From positions 1 to 56,142 of IMG/VR virus record IMGVR_UViG_3300017910_000401: a stretch of 56,142 nucleotides of DNA, one strand, 5' to 3'. The notes beneath the pieces were generated by a model. It saw only the letters and a program-made list of their open reading frames with translations. It did no database searches and had not been told where the DNA came from. The translations under genes and the position numbers were made by a program. Below are positions 1 through 8,027 of this stretch, in pieces; the stretch's first letter is position 1, and every line of letters starts with the position of its first letter. The stretch comes from a virus (taxonomy: Duplodnaviria; Caudoviricetes).

Positions 1-17
1 AAAAAAATAATTCACCA

Positions 18-1394
18 GTGATAGGTTTTTCGTTTCAGGACTCTGGAAACACGATTGCAGTCAAATGGCGAACCGCAAATGGACAAAAGGATTTTTGGTG
101 GGATAACAACGCAACTAAGCTATGGGGAAGACAAATACACAACGACAGTCTGCCCTCGATAGACAAAACCATTGTCATAACTGAAGGAGAAATAGACCAA
201 TTAAGTATCAAAGAAGCTTTTCGTAATCATTCAAACATAGATGTTTACTCAGTTCCGAATGGAGCACCTAATAAAATCACAGATAGCAAGATAGACCCTA
301 GTGAAGATGGTAGATTCAAGTATGTTTGGGAAGAAAGAGACAAGTTCAGAGACGTAGAAAGGATAATTTTAGCGACAGATTCAGACGAAAACGGACAAAT
401 ACTAGCGGATGAATTGTCTCGTAGATTAAACAAAGCTAGATGCTATCTAGTAGATTACAAAGGATGTAAGGATGCCAATGAATTACTGACTAAAACTGAT
501 AGTCAAACTGTTAGAGAGCAAGTTCTCAATGCTGAACCTGTACCTTTACATGGTCTGAATAGCATTGACCATTACTCAGATGAATTTCAAAACCTTTATG
601 AACAGGGCAAACCAAGAGGAGTCAGCACAGGAATTGCTTCGGTTGATGAGTTATTTACCTTGCAAACAGGCTATCTAAACGTAGTCACAGGCTATCCGGG
701 AGACGGAAAATCAGCATTTATCGACCAAATAGTAGTAAATGTAGCTAAAACTCATGGATGGAAGACTTGTTTTTGTTCTTTTGAGAAACCGCCAACACTT
801 CACAGTGTGCAATTAGCACAATGTTTGGTGGGTAAACCCTTTTTTGAAGGGCAGAATCAACGTATGACACAGGAAGAGAAAGACTTTGCGGAAAATTGGA
901 TTACTGAACATATACTATTTCAAGATTATCAAGATGGTGGATTGCCAACAATTGAAAGCATTTTGGAAAAGGGAGCAAGTGCAGTAATGCGATATGGCAT
1001 AAGAATACTAGTTATAGACCCTTTCAACTTTATACAGACCGATTACAAAGGTTTAGAAACGGATATGGTCAGTGATATGCTCACTAAAGTTCAATTGTTT
1101 TGCAAACAGCATGACGTTTGTTGCTTTTTTGTCTCACATCCTACAAAACCTGCTGAACGTGGTAAAAAACAGATAGTCACAGGGGTTGATATAGCAAAAT
1201 CTATGGCTTGGTTTAGTAAAGCAGATATGGGATTGACAGTCTTTAGAGGAGAAGATAATGTTAGCATCAATGTTTGGAAAGCTAGGTGGGGATGGAGTGC
1301 AAAATGTGGCACAACAAATCTTACTTTTAACCCTGTAAATGGAAGATACAATGAAGCAGAAGAAGTCCAAGACGATTACGATTGGGAGTTCTGA
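18..1394 (+). CDS. Primase-helicase (Toprim plus SF4/DnaB-like helicase; T7 gp4/Twinkle-like), probably 5'-truncated by the window edge
   Basis: Toprim motifs ITEGEIDQLS and ATDSDENG, KDANE; Walker A GYPGDGKS; Walker B LVIDPFN; VSHPTK. The frame is open back to the window start. Confidence 0.9.
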   Translation: MIGFSFQDSGNTIAVKWRTANGQKDFWWDNNATKLWGRQIHNDSLPSIDKTIVITEGEIDQLSIKEAFRNHSNIDVYSVPNGAPNKITDSKIDPSEDGRFKYVWEERDKFRDVERIILATDSDENGQILADELSRRLNKARCYLVDYKGCKDANELLTKTDSQTVREQVLNAEPVPLHGLNSIDHYSDEFQNLYEQGKPRGVSTGIASVDELFTLQTGYLNVVTGYPGDGKSAFIDQIVVNVAKTHGWKTCFCSFEKPPTLHSVQLAQCLVGKPFFEGQNQRMTQEEKDFAENWITEHILFQDYQDGGLPTIESILEKGASAVMRYGIRILVIDPFNFIQTDYKGLETDMVSDMLTKVQLFCKQHDVCCFFVSHPTKPAERGKKQIVTGVDIAKSMAWFSKADMGLTVFRGEDNVSINVWKARWGWSAKCGTTNLTFNPVNGRYNEAEEVQDDYDWEF

Positions 1395-1890
1395 ACAGAA
1401 CCTACATCTTAACGACATAGGCAGTCCAAACTTACACAAAAATCATAAAGTTTGTGTTCGGTCAATCGATGACACCAAGCTAGGCAGAGCCATAGTCCTA
1501 GACCAACACATAATAGACGTTATGTTTCACGAAGACTATCTCAGTGCAAAACAACACAATGTTTGCAATAAATATCTAGGTATTATTTCACGTTCAGGTT
1601 GCTTCGCCAGTGCACCGGGGTTAGAAAAAATATTATTCGCTGGTGAGAGTAATTTCACCAAACCTGTTCCTAAAGCCTGTGTTTTATTAGGAGTTCAAAG
1701 ATTAATTAAGGAAGTTTGCGGTGGCGAAAAAGAAAAAATCTTCTGGAAAATCATGTCTGAGAATCCAAAAAAGGTAAATAGTGTACAGATTCACGTCACT
1801 TTGGAGTGTGCTGATGCCTTGCTAGATTTTTGGTATGTTAATCAGGAGAGTCCTGTATCTTTGTTTCAACAAGCCCTGACAAGCCCTTAG
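1339..1890 (+). CDS. Hypothetical phage protein
   Basis: 183-aa ORF overlapping the helicase stop; no recognised motif. Confidence 0.6.
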   Translation: MEDTMKQKKSKTITIGSSEQNLHLNDIGSPNLHKNHKVCVRSIDDTKLGRAIVLDQHIIDVMFHEDYLSAKQHNVCNKYLGIISRSGCFASAPGLEKILFAGESNFTKPVPKACVLLGVQRLIKEVCGGEKEKIFWKIMSENPKKVNSVQIHVTLECADALLDFWYVNQESPVSLFQQALTSP

Positions 1891-2095
1891 CAGGTTCAGA
1901 TAAACTGCCAGAATAAATCATTTTACCCTCTTCTTCAGCAGTATCTTCTTCTACTTCGAGACCTTTTAGGTCGGCTTCGTTGTGTATCATGTGGATAATT
2001 TGTTTGTTGAGAGAACGACTCTCTTTCTTTGCAAGTGCGTGAGCAAGTTCATAAGTTTCTTGCGAACACCTAATGAATAGATTCTTCATCTTCAA
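1838..2095 (-). CDS. Arc/ribbon-helix-helix-like DNA-binding protein
   Basis: N-terminus KNLFIRCSQETYELAHALAKKESRSLNKQIIHMI fits the RHH beta-strand plus two helices, with the RSLN signature. Confidence 0.7.
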   Translation of the reverse strand: MKMKNLFIRCSQETYELAHALAKKESRSLNKQIIHMIHNEADLKGLEVEEDTAEEEGKMIYSGSLSEPAKGLSGLVETKIQDSPD

Positions 2096-2396
2096 TTTCC
2101 TCGTCTAATTCTTTATAAATAATTACAGGAGATTCCTGTACCTCAGCAATAGCTACTGACTCTCTACCTAACTGATAAAATCTTTTCTTTTCTAATTGAT
2201 TGATAGCCGAGTCCAACATATATTCATTGGCTCTGATGAGTGGGTCATCTAACAATGATATAGCAAAGGTTATGGCATCAACCTCGTTCTTGAATATCCA
2301 AACCAAATGAACCCAATCTGCTTTGCTTTTAGTTGAATTGGGATTGTTAGGCTCAGGAATATCAATCTTATAAGTGTGTCTTACTACTGCAAACAT
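2070..2396 (-). CDS. Hypothetical phage protein, probably leaderless
   Basis: 108-aa ORF; TATAAT ends 7 nt upstream of the ATG and there is no SD. Confidence 0.65.
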   Translation of the reverse strand: MFAVVRHTYKIDIPEPNNPNSTKSKADWVHLVWIFKNEVDAITFAISLLDDPLIRANEYMLDSAINQLEKKRFYQLGRESVAIAEVQESPVIIYKELDEEIEDEESIH

Positions 2397-2435
2397 CTAA
2401 TTATTATAAGCAAAAAGCTATCACATTGAAAGCAA

Positions 2436-2451
2436 TGTTTCATGTGAAACC
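2436..2451. promoter_or_regulatory. parS-like palindrome
   Basis: TGTTTCATGTGAAACC, 14/16 match to the canonical parS TGTTTCACGTGAAACA. Confidence 0.5.
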
Positions 2452-2495
2452 AACACCACAGATTTCCATAGCTCCAAACGGAATCTGTAAAATAT

Positions 2496-2511
2496 TATTC
2501 ACTAGTGAATA
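2496..2511. promoter_or_regulatory. Perfect copy of a recurrent palindromic site, TATTCACTAGTGAATA
   Basis: 16-bp perfect palindrome; about 10 degenerate copies elsewhere in the window. Confidence 0.6.
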
Positions 2512-2582
2512 TAATTACATCTCAGAGCCTCTCTGGATTAATTAAGCTGTCTTGGAGCTTCGTACACCAGTGATAGATTAGG

Positions 2583-2618
2583 TGGACTATCATACTTCTG
2601 TGATGGACTATCACACTT
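2583..2618. repeat. Two 15-bp direct repeats, TGGACTATCAYACTT, with a 21-bp period
   Basis: Copies at 2583-2597 and 2604-2618. Confidence 0.6.
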
Positions 2619-2640
2619 TAGAAAAAAATTTGTGGATTTT

Positions 2641-2817
2641 TGGTCGAGGAGGATAGTAGTGCAGGTGGCTATTTCTCCTGCTTCTGTATACAACCAATCT
2701 TACTATCCCCCTTCGTTATATTGGTCAGGGAGGATAGATAGCTAAATATACAGTAATTCTATCCCCCCTTTCCTATGATATCTAACTTTTAGATATGGAG
2801 GTCTCTGTTAAGAGATT
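2641..2817 (-). ncRNA. Candidate structured small RNA with an anti-SD segment and two related stems ending in GACCA
   Basis: Sigma70-like promoter directly upstream; two 12-bp stems whose mismatches are G-U pairs only on the minus strand; no ORF. Confidence 0.5.
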
Positions 2818-2821
2818 CACT

Positions 2822-2851
2822 ACTCTATCATCAAATGATAGCAAATTGCAA
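2822..2851 (-). promoter_or_regulatory. Sigma70-like promoter for the candidate sRNA
   Basis: -35 TTGCAA, 18-nt spacer, extended -10 TGnTAGAGT. Confidence 0.45.
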
Positions 2852-2854
2852 GAG

Positions 2855-2886
2855 TTATTAACAATTTATCCACAGGTTTATCCACA
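2855..2886 (+). promoter_or_regulatory. DnaA-box cluster
   Basis: Perfect TTATCCACA at 2866-2874 and 2878-2886; degenerate TTATTAACA at 2855-2863; AT-rich DNA follows. Confidence 0.65.
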
Positions 2887-3041
2887 GATTTATTTACTGG
2901 TAAAAAATATTATTAACGCAGTGACATATATAAATTTTTACATTTTCTAGCTGTAAAAAAACACCCACGCTAGAACCCAGTAAATATATATCACTAGTGA
3001 ATATTTTTTTTCTATAAATCCTGGAGCCAGAAATTTCGACC

Positions 3042-3084
3042 AAAAAAAAAGGCGGTAGCTACCTGTAAAAGTAGCTACCGCCTT
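3042..3084 (-). terminator. Rho-independent terminator of the leftward early operon
   Basis: GGCGGTAGCTAC-8 nt loop-GTAGCTACCGCC followed by T9 on the minus strand, just after the stop at 3093. Confidence 0.9.
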
Positions 3085-3092
3085 AATTTTAT

Positions 3093-3842
3093 TTATTCCT
3101 CTTCTGGAATATAAATTATCTCTGATTCTCCACGACCATTAAGATATGCCAAAGCATCGTTCTTATTGATTGTTTTCTCAAAGAGATTTGTATTATGCCT
3201 TTTAGTCACGTTGGATTTGTCTCCTAAGTTGCCATTCATTAGCCACCTATCAGCAAACCAATTCGCCCTATCCTTATCTAGTGTCCAAGAAAACCCTTTA
3301 TCATCCATGCCACCACGAAAGATTGTTATCTCTTCAGGCAAAGAATCAAAAAAGGCTTTCTCTTTTTCATCCATCATTAGATGAGGATTTGCATATTGTT
3401 CTGTTAATAAACTTTTCCAAGAATATTTGTTTTGATATATATTCTCGGAGTCTATCCAAGCAGAAACAATAACATCCCAATATTCCTCATCGGAATCTGG
3501 AATCCACCAATCAGCATAAGCATTTAACAAAGCATCATGCCTGTAAGGTCTTTCATGCAAATAGATAAATCTATGAATATCGTTTTGTTCAATAGCATCT
3601 TGCACTTGAAGAACCTTAGCTTCATATTGCAAGTTGTATTGAGTTATATTCAAAGGATTATCTTCTGACATTGGCACGACAACCAACAAAGGATGATGAA
3701 TCATTTTTCCAAAAGAAGCTTCCTCGATTCTCTCTTTCAAGTCAGCATTCAATTCAACCTTCTTACTGAAGTCAAAATTAGTCATGCTTTCTAAAGAAAA
3801 GAGTTTACCAAGTTGTTCTTGTATTTCTCGCAGTCTATCCAT
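3093..3842 (-). CDS. Putative R-S-E-type ADP-ribosyltransferase-fold protein
   Basis: C-terminal ITIFRG ... GFSWT ... A..FA ... RGESEII resembles the ART catalytic R, S and ExE motifs. Confidence 0.5.
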   Translation of the reverse strand: MDRLREIQEQLGKLFSLESMTNFDFSKKVELNADLKERIEEASFGKMIHHPLLVVVPMSEDNPLNITQYNLQYEAKVLQVQDAIEQNDIHRFIYLHERPYRHDALLNAYADWWIPDSDEEYWDVIVSAWIDSENIYQNKYSWKSLLTEQYANPHLMMDEKEKAFFDSLPEEITIFRGGMDDKGFSWTLDKDRANWFADRWLMNGNLGDKSNVTKRHNTNLFEKTINKNDALAYLNGRGESEIIYIPEEE

Positions 3843-3846
3843 AACT

Positions 3847-4362
3847 CTATTTGATATCTGCTTTTCCGAACCATTTCATATACGTCTTTACGAGAAAATT
3901 CATAAGACGACTTGGATTATTTTTAAATCCAAAAGGCGGATAATAGCCTTTAGGATAAACCCATATATGATATTGGTTAGAAGTGTTTACAAGATGATGA
4001 GAAGGCGGAAATAATTCCACCCCCCATCTTTGCTTACCATCTGGCACTAGGGCATTTTTGATTTCGTATAAATCTTCCCAAGACCTTAGAGGTTTCTTAT
4101 CAAGTCTTTTGATAGATAGATAAGTCATACCTTCGGTCATTTCCCTAGAAAAAACATCGTTGCTTTCATGTACTAAAACTTGATAAGTATCGTTCATAAA
4201 AACAGGAGTTTTATCTTGGTCAGAAATTAATTTTTCCAATAACTTAGAATCAAAATTTATCCCTAGTTGAGTTTTCATAACTTTCTTTAAGTCTTTTACT
4301 CTTTCCTCCATTGGAAGATTGAGAGGATTAAAGTGTGCCTTTTCAAAGTTGTCAATACTCAT
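3847..4362 (-). CDS. Phage protein of unknown function
   Basis: Motif LSIKR...SWEDLYEIKN...VELFP....LVN..NQYHIW, recalled as a widespread phage family. Confidence 0.65.
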   Translation of the reverse strand: MSIDNFEKAHFNPLNLPMEERVKDLKKVMKTQLGINFDSKLLEKLISDQDKTPVFMNDTYQVLVHESNDVFSREMTEGMTYLSIKRLDKKPLRSWEDLYEIKNALVPDGKQRWGVELFPPSHHLVNTSNQYHIWVYPKGYYPPFGFKNNPSRLMNFLVKTYMKWFGKADIK

Positions 4363-4556
4363 GCTTCCTCCATGTTCGGATTATAAGCAACAATATCAAT
4401 CTTATATTTCAAAGTTTTTATTGTTTCCAAGTGGTATTTATTAAAAGTTTTTTGGTCAATTAACTTTGCGAATTTCTTTGCAGTGTTGCAAAAAGGATAG
4501 CAAAGGTCATTACCATAAACATTTTTATAGAATACCTTCATATTTAAATTATTCAT
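4359..4556 (-). CDS. Small hypothetical phage protein
   Basis: 65 aa, KNVYGNDLCYP motif, strong GGAGGT RBS. Confidence 0.75.
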   Translation of the reverse strand: MNNLNMKVFYKNVYGNDLCYPFCNTAKKFAKLIDQKTFNKYHLETIKTLKYKIDIVAYNPNMEEA

Positions 4557-4608
4557 AAGACCTCCATCTTATAAAAATTAGTTTAAAAAAGTTGGCTTGT
4601 AAGCCAAC

Positions 4609-4707
4609 ACCTAGACCAGAACAATCAGGTGAAAATTATTCGCTAGTGAATAATATTTTTTTATCTTGTTCTGGTTTCGATTGAATCTCACAATCTCCTC
4701 AGTAGGT
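4609..4707 (-). ncRNA. Hammerhead ribozyme HH-A (type I), predicted cut GUC between 4614 and 4613
   Basis: ACCUA-CUGAGGA-GAUUG(UGAGAUU)CAAUC-GAAA-CCAGAACAA...UUGUUCUGG-UC/UAGGU; complete core and three stems. Confidence 0.92.
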
Positions 4708-5343
4708 TTAAGTCTCTGTAAAAGTTATAGTTATACCATCACTTACAAGACCAGATACGTTTGCAAAAATACTCATAACAATTGTGTCAATTTCGTACTT
4801 TGCTTCGTAAAGTGTGTCGCATCTAAAATTTTTAGAAAAAGGCACAGCAGTTTCAAAATCATACCAAGCCATTTTGAAATTTGGATAAACGACATAATGT
4901 TTAAGATGATTATTTCTAGCAATAACAAAGTTTCGATAAAGATATTCTTTCCAATCTTTATTTTCTGATACTTTTGCTATTGCCATTTGATTACGAAGAA
5001 ACTCATAAGCTTCAGGAAAATCTTTATAAGCTTTTTGCACTTTGACTTTTGTCTTGTGCCAATCGCTTTCCTTTGGCTCTGCTTTCATTTTGTGATAAAA
5101 ATCTTTAAGACGTTTATTACACTTTTCAAAATCATCCATGAGCATAAGATATCTATGAGTTAGATTACCTTTTGCGATACAAACCTTATATTCAAAATCA
5201 AGTTTATTAAGAATATTTTTAATGGTATGTGACGTTGAATGATAACCGCTTTCATAGTAGCTTCGCATTGAATTAGGACAATTAGGATAACTGTCTAATT
5301 TTGTTTTGCTCATTTCTAAAGCATCTTTCAATAATTTTTCCAT
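4708..5343 (-). CDS. Hypothetical early protein
   Basis: 211 aa with GGAGGT RBS. Confidence 0.75.
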   Translation of the reverse strand: MEKLLKDALEMSKTKLDSYPNCPNSMRSYYESGYHSTSHTIKNILNKLDFEYKVCIAKGNLTHRYLMLMDDFEKCNKRLKDFYHKMKAEPKESDWHKTKVKVQKAYKDFPEAYEFLRNQMAIAKVSENKDWKEYLYRNFVIARNNHLKHYVVYPNFKMAWYDFETAVPFSKNFRCDTLYEAKYEIDTIVMSIFANVSGLVSDGITITFTET

Positions 5344-5370
5344 AAGACCTCCATCTTATAAAAGTTAATT

Positions 5371-5457
5371 AAACTGATTTCGGCTCTTTTGAGCCACCCT
5401 CCTAAAAGGGTACGTTTTCACGTTCATCAGGCAAAACACACATTTTGCTATCAGTTT
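5371..5457 (-). ncRNA. Hammerhead ribozyme HH-B (type III variant with extra hairpins), predicted cut AUA between 5449 and 5448
   Basis: AAACUGAUA/GCAAAA(UGUGUG)UUUUGC-CUGAUGA-[three hairpins]-GAAAUCAGUUU. Confidence 0.75.
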
Positions 5458-5500
5458 TTAAAATTAGACCTCCATACAGGCTCATAGAGGGCAAAACTAA

Positions 5501-5541
5501 TAGCAAGTGATATCTGAGTACCCCTCAAATATCACTCGCTA
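5501..5541 (-). other. 18-bp RNA hairpin after the VWA gene stop
   Basis: UAGCGAGUGAUAUUUGAG-GGGUA-CUCAGAUAUCACUUGCUA, with two G-U pairs on the minus strand. Confidence 0.7.
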
Positions 5542-5552
5542 ATAGAAAGTTT

Positions 5553-6893
5553 TTAGTCGTAGAATCTAGCAGTATCTACATAGACCACCTCGCCAAAGGC
5601 AAGACGTTCTGAATAACTGCTTTTTTCAGTACAACACCAAAACACAGGAACATCAGGCTCAACGTCTTCAGAAACGTCTCCCCAACCATCGGTAAAATAC
5701 ACTAAGGCTTGAACGTCTTCGGCATCATCAGTGTAGTCATTCAACAGATTAAATACAGGGTCAAACTCTGTACCGCCACCGCCACGAACTACTAACTCTA
5801 ATTCATCGCCTGAAGATAAATCATAGTAATCCCACCATTCCCCCTGTCCATTTTTACGAACAGTTGTGTCACAGTAGCAAACTCTGATTTTTTCAAGACC
5901 GCAGTCTTCCGCCATAGCTTGTATCTCAGTAGCAAATTTATTCAATTCGTATTGAGATACAGAACCTGAAGTATCGATTGCAACCGCTAACTCGCCACCT
6001 TGTGGAGACCTAGTTTTACTCGGCAAATTTAAACCTTGCCATGCAAACCTTTTATTCAGTCTCGACCATGAGTAATCGTTAGCAACAGAAGAACGTAAAA
6101 GGTCATTCAATTGTTCTTTCCAATCAATTGAAGTCTCTTTCAATTCTTCCATTCTGCCACCGCAAGACGAATTAGTACCGCTTCCAACAGCTACTTCTAG
6201 CTTGTCAGATAAGGCTACTGCTCTTTGAATCTCAGTTGAGATTTCTTGAATCTCAGCATCACTCAATGGCTTTCCTTCATCGTCAGTTGCATCCAACACC
6301 TCGCCAATAGTTGAAGGAATAGCATCTAAATCAATCGACTCAGATTCTTCGCCATCTTCGTCAGTTTCTTCATCAGAAATATTTCCTTCACTAGTGTCTG
6401 GTATTTCAGAATCTTGCGAATCATCCTCCATGTCCGCATTCTGATTTTGTTCCTTGACTTGCTCGATTGCTTCTTGCAGGTCATCTTCATTTTTAATTAA
6501 ATGTTGATAAACCTTTTCCGCAGACCAACCCTTGTATTTATGGTCAAGTAAACCGCCAAAAGGCAATTCAAAATTTAAATCCCAATACAAGTAAGCATTG
6601 ATAACGTAATCACAAGCAATATTCCATACTTTAGGATGACGTTTACCACGTCTTAGTGGATGTTCATAAACAACGTGCAATGCTTCGTGAACAAGTACAC
6701 CTCGCAATTCTGCTTCGGTTAATTTATCCACGAATGGCGGATAGTAAAAAATGTTTTTACCATCAGTCGCCATCGTATCGCACTTTGATTCTTCACATTC
6801 AACCAAGTCAAGATTAAGGAGCATACTAGCCATGCCAATATGCCCTTTCATCAATTTTGCTCTAGCCTTAATTATGGTTTCAAGAGTTTTCAT
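5553..6893 (-). CDS. DUF2201-type protein: HExxH metallopeptidase-like N-domain plus VWA domain
   Basis: TMATDG, LVHEALH, WNIACDYVIN, MIDAS motif DTSGS, GGGGTEF, YFTDG. The start is probably the ATG at 6893 (RBS GGAGGT upstream) rather than 6908. Confidence 0.88.
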   Translation of the reverse strand: MKTLETIIKARAKLMKGHIGMASMLLNLDLVECEESKCDTMATDGKNIFYYPPFVDKLTEAELRGVLVHEALHVVYEHPLRRGKRHPKVWNIACDYVINAYLYWDLNFELPFGGLLDHKYKGWSAEKVYQHLIKNEDDLQEAIEQVKEQNQNADMEDDSQDSEIPDTSEGNISDEETDEDGEESESIDLDAIPSTIGEVLDATDDEGKPLSDAEIQEISTEIQRAVALSDKLEVAVGSGTNSSCGGRMEELKETSIDWKEQLNDLLRSSVANDYSWSRLNKRFAWQGLNLPSKTRSPQGGELAVAIDTSGSVSQYELNKFATEIQAMAEDCGLEKIRVCYCDTTVRKNGQGEWWDYYDLSSGDELELVVRGGGGTEFDPVFNLLNDYTDDAEDVQALVYFTDGWGDVSEDVEPDVPVFWCCTEKSSYSERLAFGEVVYVDTARFYD

Positions 6894-7866
6894 CTTTCTT
6901 ACCTCCATAAATTTTGTCGAACAAATTGCCTTTCAATCCATCAATAGATTGTTCAAGACCTTCGGCAACCTGTTCACGTTTTTGCTTTCCTAAATCTGTT
7001 TCGTCTCTAAGAGAATCAACAGAATTTATTGTTGCAAGAACAGAACAAAGACTTTGATGAGCATCAGCAATATTTTTATTATTGCCTAGTACATCCTGAT
7101 TAATAGAAGGTAGCACTTCAACCGCTTGTCTCAATTTCTCGAAACTAGATTTGTTGAAGAATCCGCCCTTCTGCTTGTTGTCAGGGTCATACTCTTTGAG
7201 TTTAGTCGCAACGTGATTAACTTGTTCTAGTAAAGCATCAACAGTAATTGTCATTACGTTTTTGATGTTTTTGTTAGACCTGTTAATCGCATCCGCTTCT
7301 ATTCTCTGCCTTAACTTTTCTGAGACGTTAAGTCTAATATCGTTTCCGAAAGTAGGTACAGGAGTCATTTCAAATTGAAACAAAAACTTTTGTCTTAATT
7401 TGTCAAAATCAATGTAGTCACTTTCTCTGAAAGCATCGCCCAAGTTTCTCTTCGCCATTTCCATTTGTTTAGGATAGCTTCTGAGAAAGCCTTGAACTTC
7501 TTTATCCCAAACAAGAGTAGCTTGGTCTACTTCATACTGAAGTCGTTCAAGATTCGTGTTAGGGCAAAGTCGCCATTCCGATAAAACTTTTCCCTCGTCA
7601 TCAAGGGATGAAGAATCATCCCACGGCAAAGTTAAAGGTTTATAAAAGTCATTCCTAAACTTATCTAAAATTTGGCGAAACTCTTTATTGATATTTCGAC
7701 CAAAGATGTGTTTAGAAACACCTAACAATTTATCGTCTGATACTTTCGTATCTTCCGCTAAACCGCTTCTCAATTTCTTATCGACTTTAATGCCTGATGG
7801 ATGTCTTGCAGTAAGACGAACCAACATACAATTTTCCGATAAGGTATTTGTTAATTTTTTATCCAT
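6880..7866 (-). CDS. Helical partner of the AAA/VWA module (possibly DUF3150-like)
   Basis: 328 aa, TLPWDD...WRLCP motif; lies between the AAA and VWA genes. Confidence 0.55.
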   Translation of the reverse strand: MDKKLTNTLSENCMLVRLTARHPSGIKVDKKLRSGLAEDTKVSDDKLLGVSKHIFGRNINKEFRQILDKFRNDFYKPLTLPWDDSSSLDDEGKVLSEWRLCPNTNLERLQYEVDQATLVWDKEVQGFLRSYPKQMEMAKRNLGDAFRESDYIDFDKLRQKFLFQFEMTPVPTFGNDIRLNVSEKLRQRIEADAINRSNKNIKNVMTITVDALLEQVNHVATKLKEYDPDNKQKGGFFNKSSFEKLRQAVEVLPSINQDVLGNNKNIADAHQSLCSVLATINSVDSLRDETDLGKQKREQVAEGLEQSIDGLKGNLFDKIYGGKKDENS

Positions 7867-7896
7867 ATTAGAACCTCCATTCTGTTAGATAAAAGT

Positions 7897-7952
7897 TATC
7901 TGATTTCACAGTTTTCTGCTCGTCAGTTGGAATCACATTCCAATATCAGATA
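7897..7952 (-). ncRNA. Hammerhead ribozyme HH-C (compact type III), predicted cut AUA between 7944 and 7943
   Basis: UAUCUGAUA/UUGGAA(UGUGA)UUCCAA-CUGACGA-GCAG(AAAA)CUGU-GAAAUCAGAUA. Confidence 0.9.
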
Positions 7953-7958
7953 TTGAAG

Positions 7959-8013
7959 TGAGCAAGATGTAATTTTATTCACTAGCGAATAATATTTTTT
8001 TACATCTCGCCCA
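7959..8013 (-). other. Long RNA hairpin after the AAA gene stop, capped by the recurrent palindrome
   Basis: UGGGCGAGAUGUAA pairs with UUACAUCUUGCUCA (14 bp, two G-U pairs on the minus strand). Confidence 0.7.
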
Positions 8014-8027
8014 ATTCAGTTTTCAAC

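Noticed and set aside
2496-2511. Recurrent palindrome as a CRP site linked to the phage adenylate cyclase
   Set aside because: CRP sites are TGTGA-N6-TCACA; this motif is TCAC-N2-GTGA, with the opposite half-site order and different spacing
2641-2769. tRNA genes (3' ACCA, one unit about 75 nt)
   Set aside because: No D-arm, anticodon arm or TTC T-loop; kept only as a minihelix-like candidate
4666-4968. Plus-strand ORFs within the early region (also 3166, 3281, 3784, 6751, 7688, 8385, 8509)
   Set aside because: Antisense to well-supported minus-strand genes and ribozymes
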